Counted from the stretch's first letter, positions 1 through 9,557 are shown. The stretch is 20,000 bases of DNA from an uncultured virus (IMG/VR IMGVR_UViG_3300010429_001166) (IMGVR_UViG_3300010429_001166), one strand, 5' to 3'. The notes: generated by a model from the letters alone, not told the origin. Numbers and translations are program-made.

Positions 1-2
1 CA

Positions 3-3000
3 CCGATTACAGAAATCGAAGCACGCGAGCGCGACGCATCGGAGAAGAAGAACCGCCTGCTGCCGATGCAGACGGCCAAGGGTGAAGCCACGCGCACGAC
101 GCTCACGCGGGATGAACAAAAGCGCCAGCAGGAAGCGCGCAAGCGGGCGCAGGAGAATGAGCAGGCGCGGCTGCAAGCAGGGCGCGAACTGGTAGCGCGC
201 ATCAGGAAGGCCGAAGAGGTTGACCGTAAAGCGAAGGAAGCTGCACAGGAGAACCTGCAGAAGCTGCCGGTCAGCGCCAAGCAACGCGTCGTGTCCGATG
301 TCATTCCGAACAAGAACGAGAAGATGCCGCCGCGCGTGCGCACGGCGAAGATCATCACGAAAGCAAGACCTGATACGTGGGATTCGCTAGGTCCGCGTTG
401 GGCTGAAGAGGCGTCGGAAGAAGGTCGGCAGATCGGTGAAGCTGAATACGATGCGCTGGGACCAATAGAACGCATCAGTGTGGACGAGTGGCGCGGGCAG
501 CGCGACCGTGTGACAGAAGCGAAGGCCGAGCTTGAGCGCGCAGAAGCTGCGCTCACTGATGTACGTGGTGGTAGCAGGACGCTGGGTGCAAACGCATCAC
601 ACGCGAACATACGTTCTCCCGGTTCGCGCAGCTTTGGTCAAGAAAAGGTCAAGCCTGCCAAGCTCATGCAGCCTGCCCCGCGCAAAGGCAACGTCATGCA
701 GATTCGTGCGTTGCAGCGCGCCGTGGAGAAGGCAGAAGAAAATCTGCTGCAAGAGATGGCAGTGCTGGACGAGTTTGCAGCGCGGTTGAAAAAGAAGATG
801 TCGAAAACCGAAATCGACAAGGCGCTCCGTTTGTCTGAGCAGGCTGAAGACAACGACAAGATCGAACAGCTTCTACGCATCGAACGCCAAACGGAAGGCG
901 GCAAGCGCCCCGGGTTCGGTTCACAGATAGCGGCAGCCGCTGCCGAGCAACGCGCCGAAGGCAACGCACATCCTGCGGAGCAGGTTGCAACGCGCCCCGC
1001 GTACATGCCGCACTCACCGAAAACCAGCAACTCCCCGCCCTACACCAAGAAGATGGCGGGCGAGAAGCGCAAGCGCGCCAAGCCTGCAACGCCGTTTGGT
1101 GAGAAACTGGACAAGGCGTTGGGTGGCGACACGGTGTTCCGTTCCGGTGAAGACACCGGCATTACGCCTGAAGAAGCAACAGCAGGTGCGGCGAAAGCGC
1201 ACAAGCTGCTGCCCGGTGTGAAGTGGTTCGGCACGCGGGATGAGGTGACGCCGGAAGTGCAGGCAGCGCTCGCTGCCAGAGGAGAGACACCGGCAACCGT
1301 CAAGGGCGGGCTGTTGCCTGACGGCACCGTGTTCATCATCGCGGAGAACCACAAGAGCGCAGCCGATCTGGATGCCACCATACAGCACGAAATCATCGGG
1401 CACTACCGACTAGAGCGCACCATGTTCGGCAGCCGGACAGGCATGCGGTTGATGACTGATCTGGCCAGCAAGTACCTGCCCGATATGCAGGCTACGTACG
1501 AGCTATCGTCGCAACTAGGCTTCTCATCCGATGTACAAGGCGCAATAGTGCACGACGCAATGAGCGTTCCAGAAGCAGGACGCCCGCTGTACATGCTGCG
1601 TGAAATTGTTGCGCGTGCATCGGAGATGAAACCGGCGTCATGGGGCGAGAAGGCCAAACGTTTCTGGAAGGAATTCGTTGGGCACTTCAAGCACGTCGCT
1701 CGTGGGCTGGGTTTGAACTGGAACCTGTCCGACGCCGATGTGTTCTACATGATCAAGCAGGCGCAGAACGGTGAACTGCGCAGTATCGAAGGCGGTGACA
1801 CGATCTTCCGTACCGCCACACCTTCAGACATCAAGGCCATTGGCGACAGGTTCTACCAGCAAAAGTCGAACTGGAAGACGGCCAACGAACGTGGTGCTCT
1901 GGGGCACGCATTCCGCACGACGTGGATTGACCGGCACCACCTGATCCGTGTTGTTAGCGAGCGCATGGAGAACTCGCTGCGCGGGTTGAACATGCTGTAC
2001 TTCGCGCGCATGGCCGACCGGGTGAACCAGTTCGTGTCAGAGGCGATGAGCCATGGCCCGATAACGCTGGAGAAGGTCGATCTGAAAAACGGCGAGCACG
2101 CGTACATGTTCCGCGCCAACAAGGGCGCAAACGTCGCAGACATCATCAAGGTGCTGAAGACCGAAGACTTCAACTCGTGGGCCAGCTATATGGCGCTAGA
2201 GCGCGCCGAGAAGGTCGGCTACGACAAGCTCTTCGCCAACCGCCCCGACAAGCTGGCACCGGAGCAACGCCAGCGTCTGCTGGAGTACGGGCGCAACAAC
2301 AAGGCGTTTCAGGATGCCCGTGCCATGTACCGCGAATACAACTCCGGGCTGGTTGATTTCGCCGTGCACTCCGGCTACCTGTCGAAGCACGCGGGCGAGG
2401 AGATGAAGTCGCGCGACTACATCCCGTTCTATCGCAAGGATGACAGCACCGGCAAAATTCTCATGGAAGGCGAAGACCGCCCCATCGAAATCGGCAATAT
2501 CCGCGACAACAAGGAGCTTGCGGCGCTGTTTGGCAGCGACAAAGACCTCAACGATCCGTACGCCAACATCGCGCGCAACGCACGCCTGCTGATCGGCGGT
2601 GCCATCCGCAACCAAGCGGCCAAGAACACCGCGATGGAGCTTGCCAATATCGGGCTCGGTCACATCGTCAACACGCGCACGCACAACCGCGAGGCGACAG
2701 GGCGCAACGTGATTCACTTCCGGATGGACGGGCAGGAGCGTTCGTTCTGGATGGACACGTCGCAAAACCCGGCTTTCGCGGACATCCCCGCCGACCTGTT
2801 CGTGAAGGGCATGGAAGGCATCGTCACCACACTGCCCACGTTCTGGCGGCTCATGTCGATCCCGACGCGGGTACTGCGCGACTTCATCACCCGCAACCCG
2901 TTGTACGCAGCCCGCCAGCTTGCCCGTGACCCGCTGCATGCATGGATGGCCAGCGGTGCGGACTTCAGCATCACTGGCAACGCGTTGAAGCGGGTGGGCA

Positions 3001-4373
3001 ACCTGTTTATGAACAGGGACGAGACGGGCAACCTGTTGCGTGAGCGCGGCATGGTCGGTGGTCAGGTGATACAAGGCACCGACGAAGACATGCGCAAGAT
3101 TATGAAGCGCCTGCACGCGGGGCACGATGTCATCGACATGCTCGCCAGCAAAGCGGATCAATTGTCTGTATCAGCAGACGCCGCTACCCGCGCCGCGTTG
3201 TATGACAACTTCCGCAACCAGCACGGAATGGATGAATTCCGCGCCTACATGGCGACGATGGATTCGGTGAACTTCGCAACGCGCGGTGCGTCGCCGTCTG
3301 TGCAAGCCATCAACATGATGATCCCGTTCTTCAACGCGCAGATTCAGGGTCTGGACTCTGTGTATCGCGCGGTGACGGGGCAGATGCCGTTTAACGACAA
3401 GATGAAGGCCCGCCAGCGGCTGGCGACACGCGCTGCCCTGATGGCTGCCAGCACGATGCTGTACTACGCGATGGTGGAGGATGAGGAGTGGTATCAGAAC
3501 ACGCCTGAGAACATCCGGCTGTCGAACTGGCTCTTCAAGATTCCCGGGGTCGATGAACCTATCCGCATCCCGATACCTTTTGAATTCGGCCTGCTGTTCA
3601 AGGCGGTGCCGGAAACCATCCTGATGGCGTCGAAGAGCGACCCGGAAGCGAAGGCTGCATGGGCAGCGCTGCGCAACATGGGCGTGAATACCATCCCCGG
3701 CGCGTCGTCGGCGGGCATCCCTGCCGCCATGAAGCCGGGTGTCGAAGCGATGGCGAACCACTCGTTCTTCACCGGGCGCAGCATCGTGCCTGAGTACCTG
3801 CAAGGCGAAGACCCAAAAAACCAGTACACGCCCAACACCACGGAAGCGGCCAAGACGATGAGCGCGATTGTCGATGCACTCACGCCGTTCTCCGTGTCGC
3901 CCATGAAGATCGAACACATCGTGCGCGGCTACACCGCAGGCATCGGCTTCGCCACGCTGCAGATGATCGACGCCACGTTGAGCGGAACGGAGTCCGAAGC
4001 CCCGGACAAGAAGAACAGCCAACGCATCCTGACCGGCCCACTGTTCCAGCCGGTGGACGGCAACGCCATCATCAGCCGCGCCTACGACGCCGTGAAGCGC
4101 ATCGAGGCAGCGCAGGGGCGCATGCGCAACGCGGAAACGGAATTTGACAGGGAAGAGATGCAGCGCATCGCCGCAGAAGAGGCTACCGATCTGGCCATGA
4201 CGCGCGAAGCAGGGCGCTTCAAGAAGCAGGTTGGTGAACTATCTAAGCTGCAGCGTCAAGTGAAGTTCCATCCAACGATGACGGGCGCGGAGAAGCGGGA
4301 GATGATTGACCAGTTGCAGCAGCGGAAGATTGAGCTTGCGCGGTCGTTCGAAACTCAGGCGCAATTGCATTGA
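3..4373 (+). CDS. Large polyvalent virion/ejection-type protein, 5'-truncated by the window; zincin-like HExxGH domain and C-terminal LPD38-like domain
   Basis: The frame of the 66..4373 ORF is open back to base 3, so the true start is probably upstream. Charged helical N-terminal part; 'GGLLPDGTVFIIAENH...TIQHEIIGHY' resembles the metallopeptidase-like domains of phage polyvalent proteins; 'MIPFFNAQIQGLD' and 'IRIPIPFEFGLLFKAVPE...NHSFFTGRSIV...SPMKIEHIVRGYTAG' resemble the LPD38 region. Confidence 0.85.
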   Translation, partial: PITEIEARERDASEKKNRLLPMQTAKGEATRTTLTRDEQKRQQEARKRAQENEQARLQAGRELVARIRKAEEVDRKAKEAAQENLQKLPVSAKQRVVSDVIPNKNEKMPPRVRTAKIITKARPDTWDSLGPRWAEEASEEGRQIGEAEYDALGPIERISVDEWRGQRDRVTEAKAELERAEAALTDVRGGSRTLGANASHANIRSPGSRSFGQEKVKPAKLMQPAPRKGNVMQIRALQRAVEKAEENLLQEMAVLDEFAARLKKKMSKTEIDKALRLSEQAEDNDKIEQLLRIERQTEGGKRPGFGSQIAAAAAEQRAEGNAHPAEQVATRPAYMPHSPKTSNSPPYTKKMAGEKRKRAKPATPFGEKLDKALGGDTVFRSGEDTGITPEEATAGAAKAHKLLPGVKWFGTRDEVTPEVQAALAARGETPATVKGGLLPDGTVFIIAENHKSAADLDATIQHEIIGHYRLERTMFGSRTGMRLMTDLASKYLPDMQATYELSSQLGFSSDVQGAIVHDAMSVPEAGRPLYMLREIVARASEMKPASWGEKAKRFWKEFVGHFKHVARGLGLNWNLSDADVFYMIKQAQNGELRSIEGGDTIFRTATPSDIKAIGDRFYQQKSNWKTANERGALGHAFRTTWIDRHHLIRVVSERMENSLRGLNMLYFARMADRVNQFVSEAMSHGPITLEKVDLKNGEHAYMFRANKGANVADIIKVLKTEDFNSWASYMALERAEKVGYDKLFANRPDKLAPEQRQRLLEYGRNNKAFQDARAMYREYNSGLVDFAVHSGYLSKHAGEEMKSRDYIPFYRKDDSTGKILMEGEDRPIEIGNIRDNKELAALFGSDKDLNDPYANIARNARLLIGGAIRNQAAKNTAMELANIGLGHIVNTRTHNREATGRNVIHFRMDGQERSFWMDTSQNPAFADIPADLFVKGMEGIVTTLPTFWRLMSIPTRVLRDFITRNPLYAARQLARDPLHAWMASGADFSITGNALKRVGNLFMNRDETGNLLRERGMVGGQVIQGTDEDMRKIMKRLHAGHDVIDMLASKADQLSVSADAATRAALYDNFRNQHGMDEFRAYMATMDSVNFATRGASPSVQAINMMIPFFNAQIQGLDSVYRAVTGQMPFNDKMKARQRLATRAALMAASTMLYYAMVEDEEWYQNTPENIRLSNWLFKIPGVDEPIRIPIPFEFGLLFKAVPETILMASKSDPEAKAAWAALRNMGVNTIPGASSAGIPAAMKPGVEAMANHSFFTGRSIVPEYLQGEDPKNQYTPNTTEAAKTMSAIVDALTPFSVSPMKIEHIVRGYTAGIGFATLQMIDATLSGTESEAPDKKNSQRILTGPLFQPVDGNAIISRAYDAVKRIEAAQGRMRNAETEFDREEMQRIAAEEATDLAMTREAGRFKKQVGELSKLQRQVKFHPTMTGAEKREMIDQLQQRKIELARSFETQAQLH

Positions 4374-4557
4374 AGACGTTACTCAACACGTTGAAGCAGC
4401 GGTAGCAGAGTACACGCCCGTTCAAGTAGTTGGTTGGCGTTGGCGTAGGCAGTGTTAGTGTGCCTGCATACACAGCGGTGAATGCGTATGTTGACGGCGG
4501 GTTCGCCTCTGCTCCGCAGCAGTCGCAAAGGTATTCATAGCGCACGTTGACTGGCAT
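4243..4557 (-). CDS. Small putative zinc-binding protein (CDCC ... CYRC)
   Basis: ATG abuts the stop of 4558..4794; two CxxC motifs. The last ~43 codons overlap the convergent large gene and look like low-complexity read-through. Confidence 0.6.
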   Translation of the reverse strand: MPVNVRYEYLCDCCGAEANPPSTYAFTAVYAGTLTLPTPTPTNYLNGRVLCYRCFNVLSNVFNAIAPEFRTTAQAQSSAAATGQSSPASPRPSSLDGTSLDAAA

Positions 4558-4794
4558 TTAGTACCCCTTGTCACGTGTGTCTTCGTTGCGCAGTCCTGCG
4601 AAGCTGTCCTGCGTGCGCGTGAAGAGCACGCCGTATTTCTCGTCCACAACGGTGACGCGATACGTCACCGGGATGTTCAGCGCCAGTGCCTGCTGAACCG
4701 CATCGGCCAGCAGACCCCACACGCGCAGCGCAGGTACAAACACGCTGTCGCCCGGGGATAGCGTCTTCAAATCAAGCGTCGGACTCTCCTGCAT
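4558..4794 (-). CDS. Hypothetical phage protein (78 aa)
   Basis: ATG overlaps the primase 3' end, GGAG-containing sequence upstream; globular-looking sequence 'LSPGDSVFVP...YGVLFTR'. Confidence 0.7.
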   Translation of the reverse strand: MQESPTLDLKTLSPGDSVFVPALRVWGLLADAVQQALALNIPVTYRVTVVDEKYGVLFTRTQDSFAGLRNEDTRDKGY

Positions 4795-7624
4795 TCCAGT
4801 TCTCCTCGGGTATCTCGATTGCTACACAACGGACACGCGGGCTCGCAGACTTGGTATTGGCGAACATGCTCTTGCGTACATCCGTATGCACCGTGTACAA
4901 CTGTCCAATCTCTTTCAAAAACGCGGTGGAGTTAAATGTCATCTCGTAGCAGTGGTGATTAAGAACTGCCCGTTCGATGTACAGCGTGACCACACCGGGT
5001 TTGAAATCGTGTTCAACACGCCCCCGCACCTTCGCGCGGGTCTGCGTCTCTTCGGTGATTTCCTGCAGACCCATCTGTGCAATTACCTTGTCGCTCTTCT
5101 TACGTAGCACCAGCAGGTTCGGGTGATACTCACGCACAAACGCGTTGAGGATGTCGGTGGCCGTGCGGGTGTTCGTGCCCGCCGCCGAGCGCATCTTCTT
5201 GATCAGTTCTTCCGCAAAGTTCGTGATGCCCTGCACCGGCATCTTGATGATGTTGGCGTACTGCGGGGACACCAGCAGCGCCGCAGCCACTATCGCGGTG
5301 GCTCCCGCCATCCAGTAACGCTCCGTACCCGACGCGTTGAACCGCTGCTGCAGTTCCGTACCCACCTGTGACACGACACTGCGTACCGTCTCTTTGTTAT
5401 CGCAAACCCATCTGATAAATTGGTAGCCTGCGTAGCCGTAGTTGTGCTGCAGCGTTCCAACCAACAACTCTTCATCCCTCGTCAGACCCAACGCATCATG
5501 CATTTCGATTTCAAGGATTCGGTGGATTTCTCCCTCGGTGGTCGTATTCGAAGCCGTGAGCCCGTCGATGATCGACGTGTTGCTGGAAAGAAGAGCAAGC
5601 AATTTCCACTGCGTGGTGTTGCGCCGCTCGCGGATAGTCGAGCCGTCGATCCGCTCCTTTCCCTTCCCCTGCGTAACCGCAAGTAAGAACTCCTTCGCCC
5701 AGCCCACCGCCCCTTCAGTGGTGCTGCGTGTCTTCGTCGTCACTTCATCAATGGGTACGACAAGGCTGTTCTGCAGTCCCATGCGGTGAATCGTCGCCAG
5801 CACGCTGGACTGAATGGACACGAAGCTGCGCAACGGATGTCCGAACACGCTGGCAGCAAGCATCAGGCTGACAGTCTTGCCAGTGCCGCTGGTATGCGAC
5901 TGCACGTGTACCGCCACGCCGTTGTGCCCGGTGAACTCCATGAGGGGTGATGCGAACCCGGTCAGCATGCTGAACAGGATGTCGTACTTGCGCTTCGCCA
6001 CAAAGAGGTTGACCACGTTGCGCCACGCGTCCAGCGTGCCCGCAGGCGTCGTGTTGGCATTCAGGTTGATCAGTTCCGGGGACATGGGCACCACGCGCAC
6101 GTCGCCCTTCGTGATCTGCTTGTTGTTCAGGACGAACGAGCCGTCGAATTGCCAGCCGAATGAGTCAGGCATGTTGCGTTCTACGTTGGTGTGCAGCATG
6201 TCGCCCGCACTGGCGCGGATGAACCCGTAGAAGCGCGCATCCTGACCGGTGGCAGCGACGACGTTGTGCTGCGCTAAAAACTTCAGTGTCTCTTCCTTGC
6301 TGACCAGCGACTTGGTTGGCATCACCACGTCGAGCATTCCGCCCGGACGCTGCGCCACGATGTGCACGCCGCCATCCTGCCCACTGCGCAGTGTGTCGGT
6401 CACGAACACGTCGTAGGGAACGACGCACTTCTCCTGCACCACTTCGCCGTCTTCGTCGTCGCTGACCTTCTCGGAGAAGAACACACCGCCCTTCTTGCCG
6501 AACTTGAAGCCCCATGGGGGCGACGGACGGGTGTACTCGATCTGCTCGTGCTGCTCCACGATGAAGGTTTTCGGTTCCGCAGGCGCGGCGTCGATGCGTC
6601 GGTCCAGCATCAACGGGTTGGTGATCTTGCCCCAATGCTTGCAACCAGTGCACACCCCGGGCTGTATCCCGTTGAACTTGTCGCAACCGTACGGCCCCTT
6701 GATCGCGGCCAGCTTCTCCTGCATGCGTGTTGGAGAGTAGGGGTGCAGCGCGCTCAGTGCGTTCGCTGCCTTGTCGGCGTCGGTGCAGCACTTGGTGATC
6801 GACAGCAGCCCACGCCACAGTGGCTCCATGCCGTCATCGGCAGCATTGTTGATGTAGTAGGCAAGCTGCTCGCAGCCCTCACCCTTCAACGTGCGGTCGA
6901 GGATGGCCTTGAACCGGACGGTGCTGTTCTCCAGCAGCTTGACGCCAACCGCATCGGGCGACGCTTTCAGCCGTGCGCCGGGGATAAGAGTGGTGGTTAC
7001 GTCATGATTGCCGTTGATGTGTGCGCCCGTGAGCTTCACGAACGTGCTGAACGGGTTCTGTTCCGGCTCCCCTACAAGACGTACTTCCACCAACTTCGGG
7101 TGTGTAGGGTCTTTCCAGTTGTGCGTGCCCGGGATGCGCAGAATGCGCGCCGCGTCGCCGGTTACTCCAGCGTCAATGACAAAGGAGTGTTTTGCACATA
7201 GGGCTTTGAATCGATCTGCAACGGTGCGCCATTCGTGGATAGCAACATCACCATCGAAGGCCCAATATACGTGCAGCCCATTACCCGATGAGACGATATG
7301 AGGGGTTGGAAGCGACGTTGCTTCAACAAACGTACTGAGTGCTTGGGCGGCATCTTTTTTACTCGCGTACTGCGTGGTTTTGCAATCAAGGTCGAGAAAC
7401 AGGCTGCGTTGGTACAGTGCGTTGTCCGCAGTACGCGAACCCTCGTCGTTGAACGATGCGGTGGCAAAGTACGCGTTGATCTTGCGCTCATCGAGCGCGA
7501 CCGCTTCGCGTACTAGCTCATCGATGTCATCGAAGAAGTGCTGCTGTACTCTCTTGCCGATGCCGACAAGGCAGTACCGTCCCGTCGAAGGCAATACGAC
7601 ACGCAGGAAGTCGCTGGGCGACAT
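4772..7624 (-). CDS. Primase-helicase fusion: RepB-like (AEP) primase + Cys-rich domain + DUF927/Cch-like P-loop helicase
   Basis: Primase motifs 'LFLDLD', 'IVSSGNGLHVYW', 'DAARILRIPGTHNWK'; 'GPYGCDKF...CTGCKH' Cys/His cluster; 'SFGWQ', Walker A 'SHTSGTGKT', Walker B 'VPIDE', 'NYGYAG'. AAGGAG RBS just upstream of the ATG. Confidence 0.88.
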   Translation of the reverse strand: MSPSDFLRVVLPSTGRYCLVGIGKRVQQHFFDDIDELVREAVALDERKINAYFATASFNDEGSRTADNALYQRSLFLDLDCKTTQYASKKDAAQALSTFVEATSLPTPHIVSSGNGLHVYWAFDGDVAIHEWRTVADRFKALCAKHSFVIDAGVTGDAARILRIPGTHNWKDPTHPKLVEVRLVGEPEQNPFSTFVKLTGAHINGNHDVTTTLIPGARLKASPDAVGVKLLENSTVRFKAILDRTLKGEGCEQLAYYINNAADDGMEPLWRGLLSITKCCTDADKAANALSALHPYSPTRMQEKLAAIKGPYGCDKFNGIQPGVCTGCKHWGKITNPLMLDRRIDAAPAEPKTFIVEQHEQIEYTRPSPPWGFKFGKKGGVFFSEKVSDDEDGEVVQEKCVVPYDVFVTDTLRSGQDGGVHIVAQRPGGMLDVVMPTKSLVSKEETLKFLAQHNVVAATGQDARFYGFIRASAGDMLHTNVERNMPDSFGWQFDGSFVLNNKQITKGDVRVVPMSPELINLNANTTPAGTLDAWRNVVNLFVAKRKYDILFSMLTGFASPLMEFTGHNGVAVHVQSHTSGTGKTVSLMLAASVFGHPLRSFVSIQSSVLATIHRMGLQNSLVVPIDEVTTKTRSTTEGAVGWAKEFLLAVTQGKGKERIDGSTIRERRNTTQWKLLALLSSNTSIIDGLTASNTTTEGEIHRILEIEMHDALGLTRDEELLVGTLQHNYGYAGYQFIRWVCDNKETVRSVVSQVGTELQQRFNASGTERYWMAGATAIVAAALLVSPQYANIIKMPVQGITNFAEELIKKMRSAAGTNTRTATDILNAFVREYHPNLLVLRKKSDKVIAQMGLQEITEETQTRAKVRGRVEHDFKPGVVTLYIERAVLNHHCYEMTFNSTAFLKEIGQLYTVHTDVRKSMFANTKSASPRVRCVAIEIPEENWNAGESDA

Positions 7625-7651
7625 TCCGACTCCTTGCTAGGTTGCGTGTTG

Positions 7652-7798
7652 TCAGGCGTGTTCGCGGGGGCTGTAGTCGTTCGGGTCGCGGCGGTTGTCC
7701 GCCGCAAACGCCAGTCGTTTGAACAGTTCCTCGTGCAGTGTGCGGCGGTCTTCGTCGCTGGCCAGTTGGTATGCAGACAGCAACTCGTTGGTGGTCAT
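7652..7798 (-). CDS. Small hypothetical protein (48 aa; alternative GTG start at 7837)
   Basis: ATG at 7798 forms an ATGA overlap with the stop of the upstream HTH gene; helical sequence MTTNELLSAYQLAS... Confidence 0.55.
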   Translation of the reverse strand: MTTNELLSAYQLASDEDRRTLHEELFKRLAFAADNRRDPNDYSPREHA

Positions 7799-8073
7799 TG
7801 ATCTTGCGAAGGCAGAAATCGACACGCTTTTCTCCACGCGGCGTCAGCCGTGCTGGCCGCTTTTAGTATGGTCAGAAGCCCACTCACCCGGGCTCTGTAT
7901 GCAGGAGTGACGCTGCCACCTTTGAACCATGCGTAGACCGTGGGGCGGGTGGCTCCGGTGTACTTCGCCACGCGGATAATCGAGAAGTCTAGCCGCACCG
8001 CCTCACGCCCAAGCTGATTTCCGAGCGTCAGCGGTGCTTTCAGCACGGCTCGTTTCAGTTGTGCGGATATCAT
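7795..8073 (-). CDS. Helix-turn-helix DNA-binding protein (Cro/XRE-like)
   Basis: 'FSIIRVAKYTGATRPTVYAWFKG' fits an HTH pattern. Start is uncertain (ATG 8073 or GTG 8088). Confidence 0.75.
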   Translation of the reverse strand: MISAQLKRAVLKAPLTLGNQLGREAVRLDFSIIRVAKYTGATRPTVYAWFKGGSVTPAYRARVSGLLTILKAASTADAAWRKACRFLPSQDQ

Positions 8074-8076
8074 GTC

Positions 8077-8102
8077 AAAAAGGGCCACGTTGCCGTGGCC
8101 CT
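8077..8102 (-). terminator. Intrinsic terminator-like hairpin after the SSB-like gene
   Basis: Minus strand AGGGCCACG-GCAA-CGTGGCCCT-TTTT: perfect 9-bp stem, GNRA loop, short U tract. Confidence 0.7.
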
Positions 8103-8123
8103 CTCCGGTTCGGTGGGCGTGGT

Positions 8124-9140
8124 CTAGTCGTCGTCACCCCATTGGCTGACCAGACTGGCGAGCGCAGGGCTCGCGGACACCGCCTCGGCGGCGGGCTTTG
8201 CCTTCCCGGCGCGCTTCGTGGGTTCGGTGGCGGGTTCCTCTTCCTCGTCGTCCGCTGCAGGCTTGGCGGGCTTGGCAGCCGCCTTGGCGCTCTTGGGCGG
8301 GGTCACGGGCGGCTCGTCATCCTCATCGTCGGCTGCAGGCTTCGCCGCCTTGGCGGGCTTGCCAACCACCTTGGTGGGCGCTTCCGCCTCGTCGTCATCC
8401 TTCTCCCCAGCCGGTTGCACCTTGTCGGTCTGGGTGACGGTCAGCGTGATGGCGCTGATGGCGTCGGGGGTCTGCCCCTGCGTGCGGACGATGCCGTACT
8501 CCTCCTCGTCCAGCCAGCGCATCGGCTTGAAGTACAGCTTGGGCGACTCCGCCTTGGTATCGAACTTCATCCGGGTGACAACCATCTCCGGGCTGATGTG
8601 CTGTGTCGCAAGGAACTTGGCATACGCCTGAAGTGGGCGGTTACTCCCTTCCTCCTTGCCGAACAGCGATTTGGCGGGCACCGAAAGCTGCATGACGTTG
8701 CCACCGATATCGTTGGCCAGCACTACCGCAAGCCGTTGGGAAAAACGGCAGGCACGGGTGTCGTTGTCACCGGAGCCCTTGATGTTCTGTGGACAGGTGG
8801 CGCACGTCTTGGCCTGCTTCTCCGGACAGGTGGGATCGGGCACGTCGCCGTTGGCCGACCAGCAGACCGGCGCGGTCGCGGTGTCATCCTTGTACTTGCC
8901 CTCGTAGTACATGCGCCCAACCTTCGGCGCGGCGTTGACCACCACCACATCCAGATAGCGCTCATCGATCTGCGCAATCTCTTCGCCGTCCACCAGCAGG
9001 CGGAACACACCGCCCTTGATGCTGATGCGCTTGCCACCACTGCCGCCACCGGCCAGCGACTTCGCCAGCGTGGACAGTTCACCCTTCTTCGCAAACGCGG
9101 GCAGGTTGCTCGCGTTGAATGCAACAACTTCGTTTGCCAT
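8124..9140 (-). CDS. Putative single-stranded DNA-binding/annealing protein with Cys motif and acidic tail
   Basis: 'KRISIKGGVFR', 'CWS.NG..PD...TCATCPQNIKGS...RACR', Ala/Lys/Pro/Asp/Glu-rich linker and acidic C-terminus 'WGDDD'; located in the replication module. ATG 9140 has a GGGGTGG RBS-like sequence upstream (the ORF track starts at GTG 9152). Confidence 0.7.
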   Translation of the reverse strand: MANEVVAFNASNLPAFAKKGELSTLAKSLAGGGSGGKRISIKGGVFRLLVDGEEIAQIDERYLDVVVVNAAPKVGRMYYEGKYKDDTATAPVCWSANGDVPDPTCPEKQAKTCATCPQNIKGSGDNDTRACRFSQRLAVVLANDIGGNVMQLSVPAKSLFGKEEGSNRPLQAYAKFLATQHISPEMVVTRMKFDTKAESPKLYFKPMRWLDEEEYGIVRTQGQTPDAISAITLTVTQTDKVQPAGEKDDDEAEAPTKVVGKPAKAAKPAADDEDDEPPVTPPKSAKAAAKPAKPAADDEEEEPATEPTKRAGKAKPAAEAVSASPALASLVSQWGDDD

Positions 9141-9154
9141 GATCGATCCCACCC

Positions 9155-9550
9155 CTATTTGTTCTTCCTGACGGAGATTTCGTACTCAGTGTCTGCGTTC
9201 ATACCGGGCGGCAACTTGCCCGGGTTATCTTCGATGTACTTCTTCATGTTACCTTGCGCAACGCGTCGCTCCAGCAGTTGCGGCACGTCGTTGGTCTTGA
9301 TGAACGTGTAGAAGCTGTCCCAATCGCTTGTCCAGTAACGCGTCTTCGTGGACAGCACGACAAGCCCTGCTTCGGTCTTGATGCTGGTGGCCTTCTCAGC
9401 CAGCAGTTTGGCGCGCATCGCGCCTTGCACGATCTTCTTCTGCTCTTCCAGCGCCTCCATCTTGTCATCGTAATCGGCGCGGAGCGTTTGCTCCGCAGCC
9501 CTGATTTTCAAATACACCTGCGCCAGCTTGTTCAGCGGAAATTCATCCAT
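9155..9550 (-). CDS. Conserved-type phage replication-module protein (coiled coil + 'SIKTEAG...DWDSFY.FI...LLERRV')
   Basis: ATG with AGAGGAG RBS; the pattern is typical of the small gene preceding SSB-like genes in such phages; function unknown. Confidence 0.8.
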   Translation of the reverse strand: MDEFPLNKLAQVYLKIRAAEQTLRADYDDKMEALEEQKKIVQGAMRAKLLAEKATSIKTEAGLVVLSTKTRYWTSDWDSFYTFIKTNDVPQLLERRVAQGNMKKYIEDNPGKLPPGMNADTEYEISVRKNK

Positions 9551-9557
9551 GAAAGGC

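Noticed and set aside
8050..8078. Second promoter from TTGACA at 8078-8073
   Set aside because: No acceptable -10 hexamer at 17-bp spacing (AAACGA); the hexamer overlaps the U tract and ATG.
8034..9311. 425-aa plus-strand ORF
   Set aside because: Antisense shadow of the codon-biased SSB-like gene; composition is not protein-like. The same applies to 2196..3161, 3171..4022, 6362..7201, 10672..11604 and 18503..19336.
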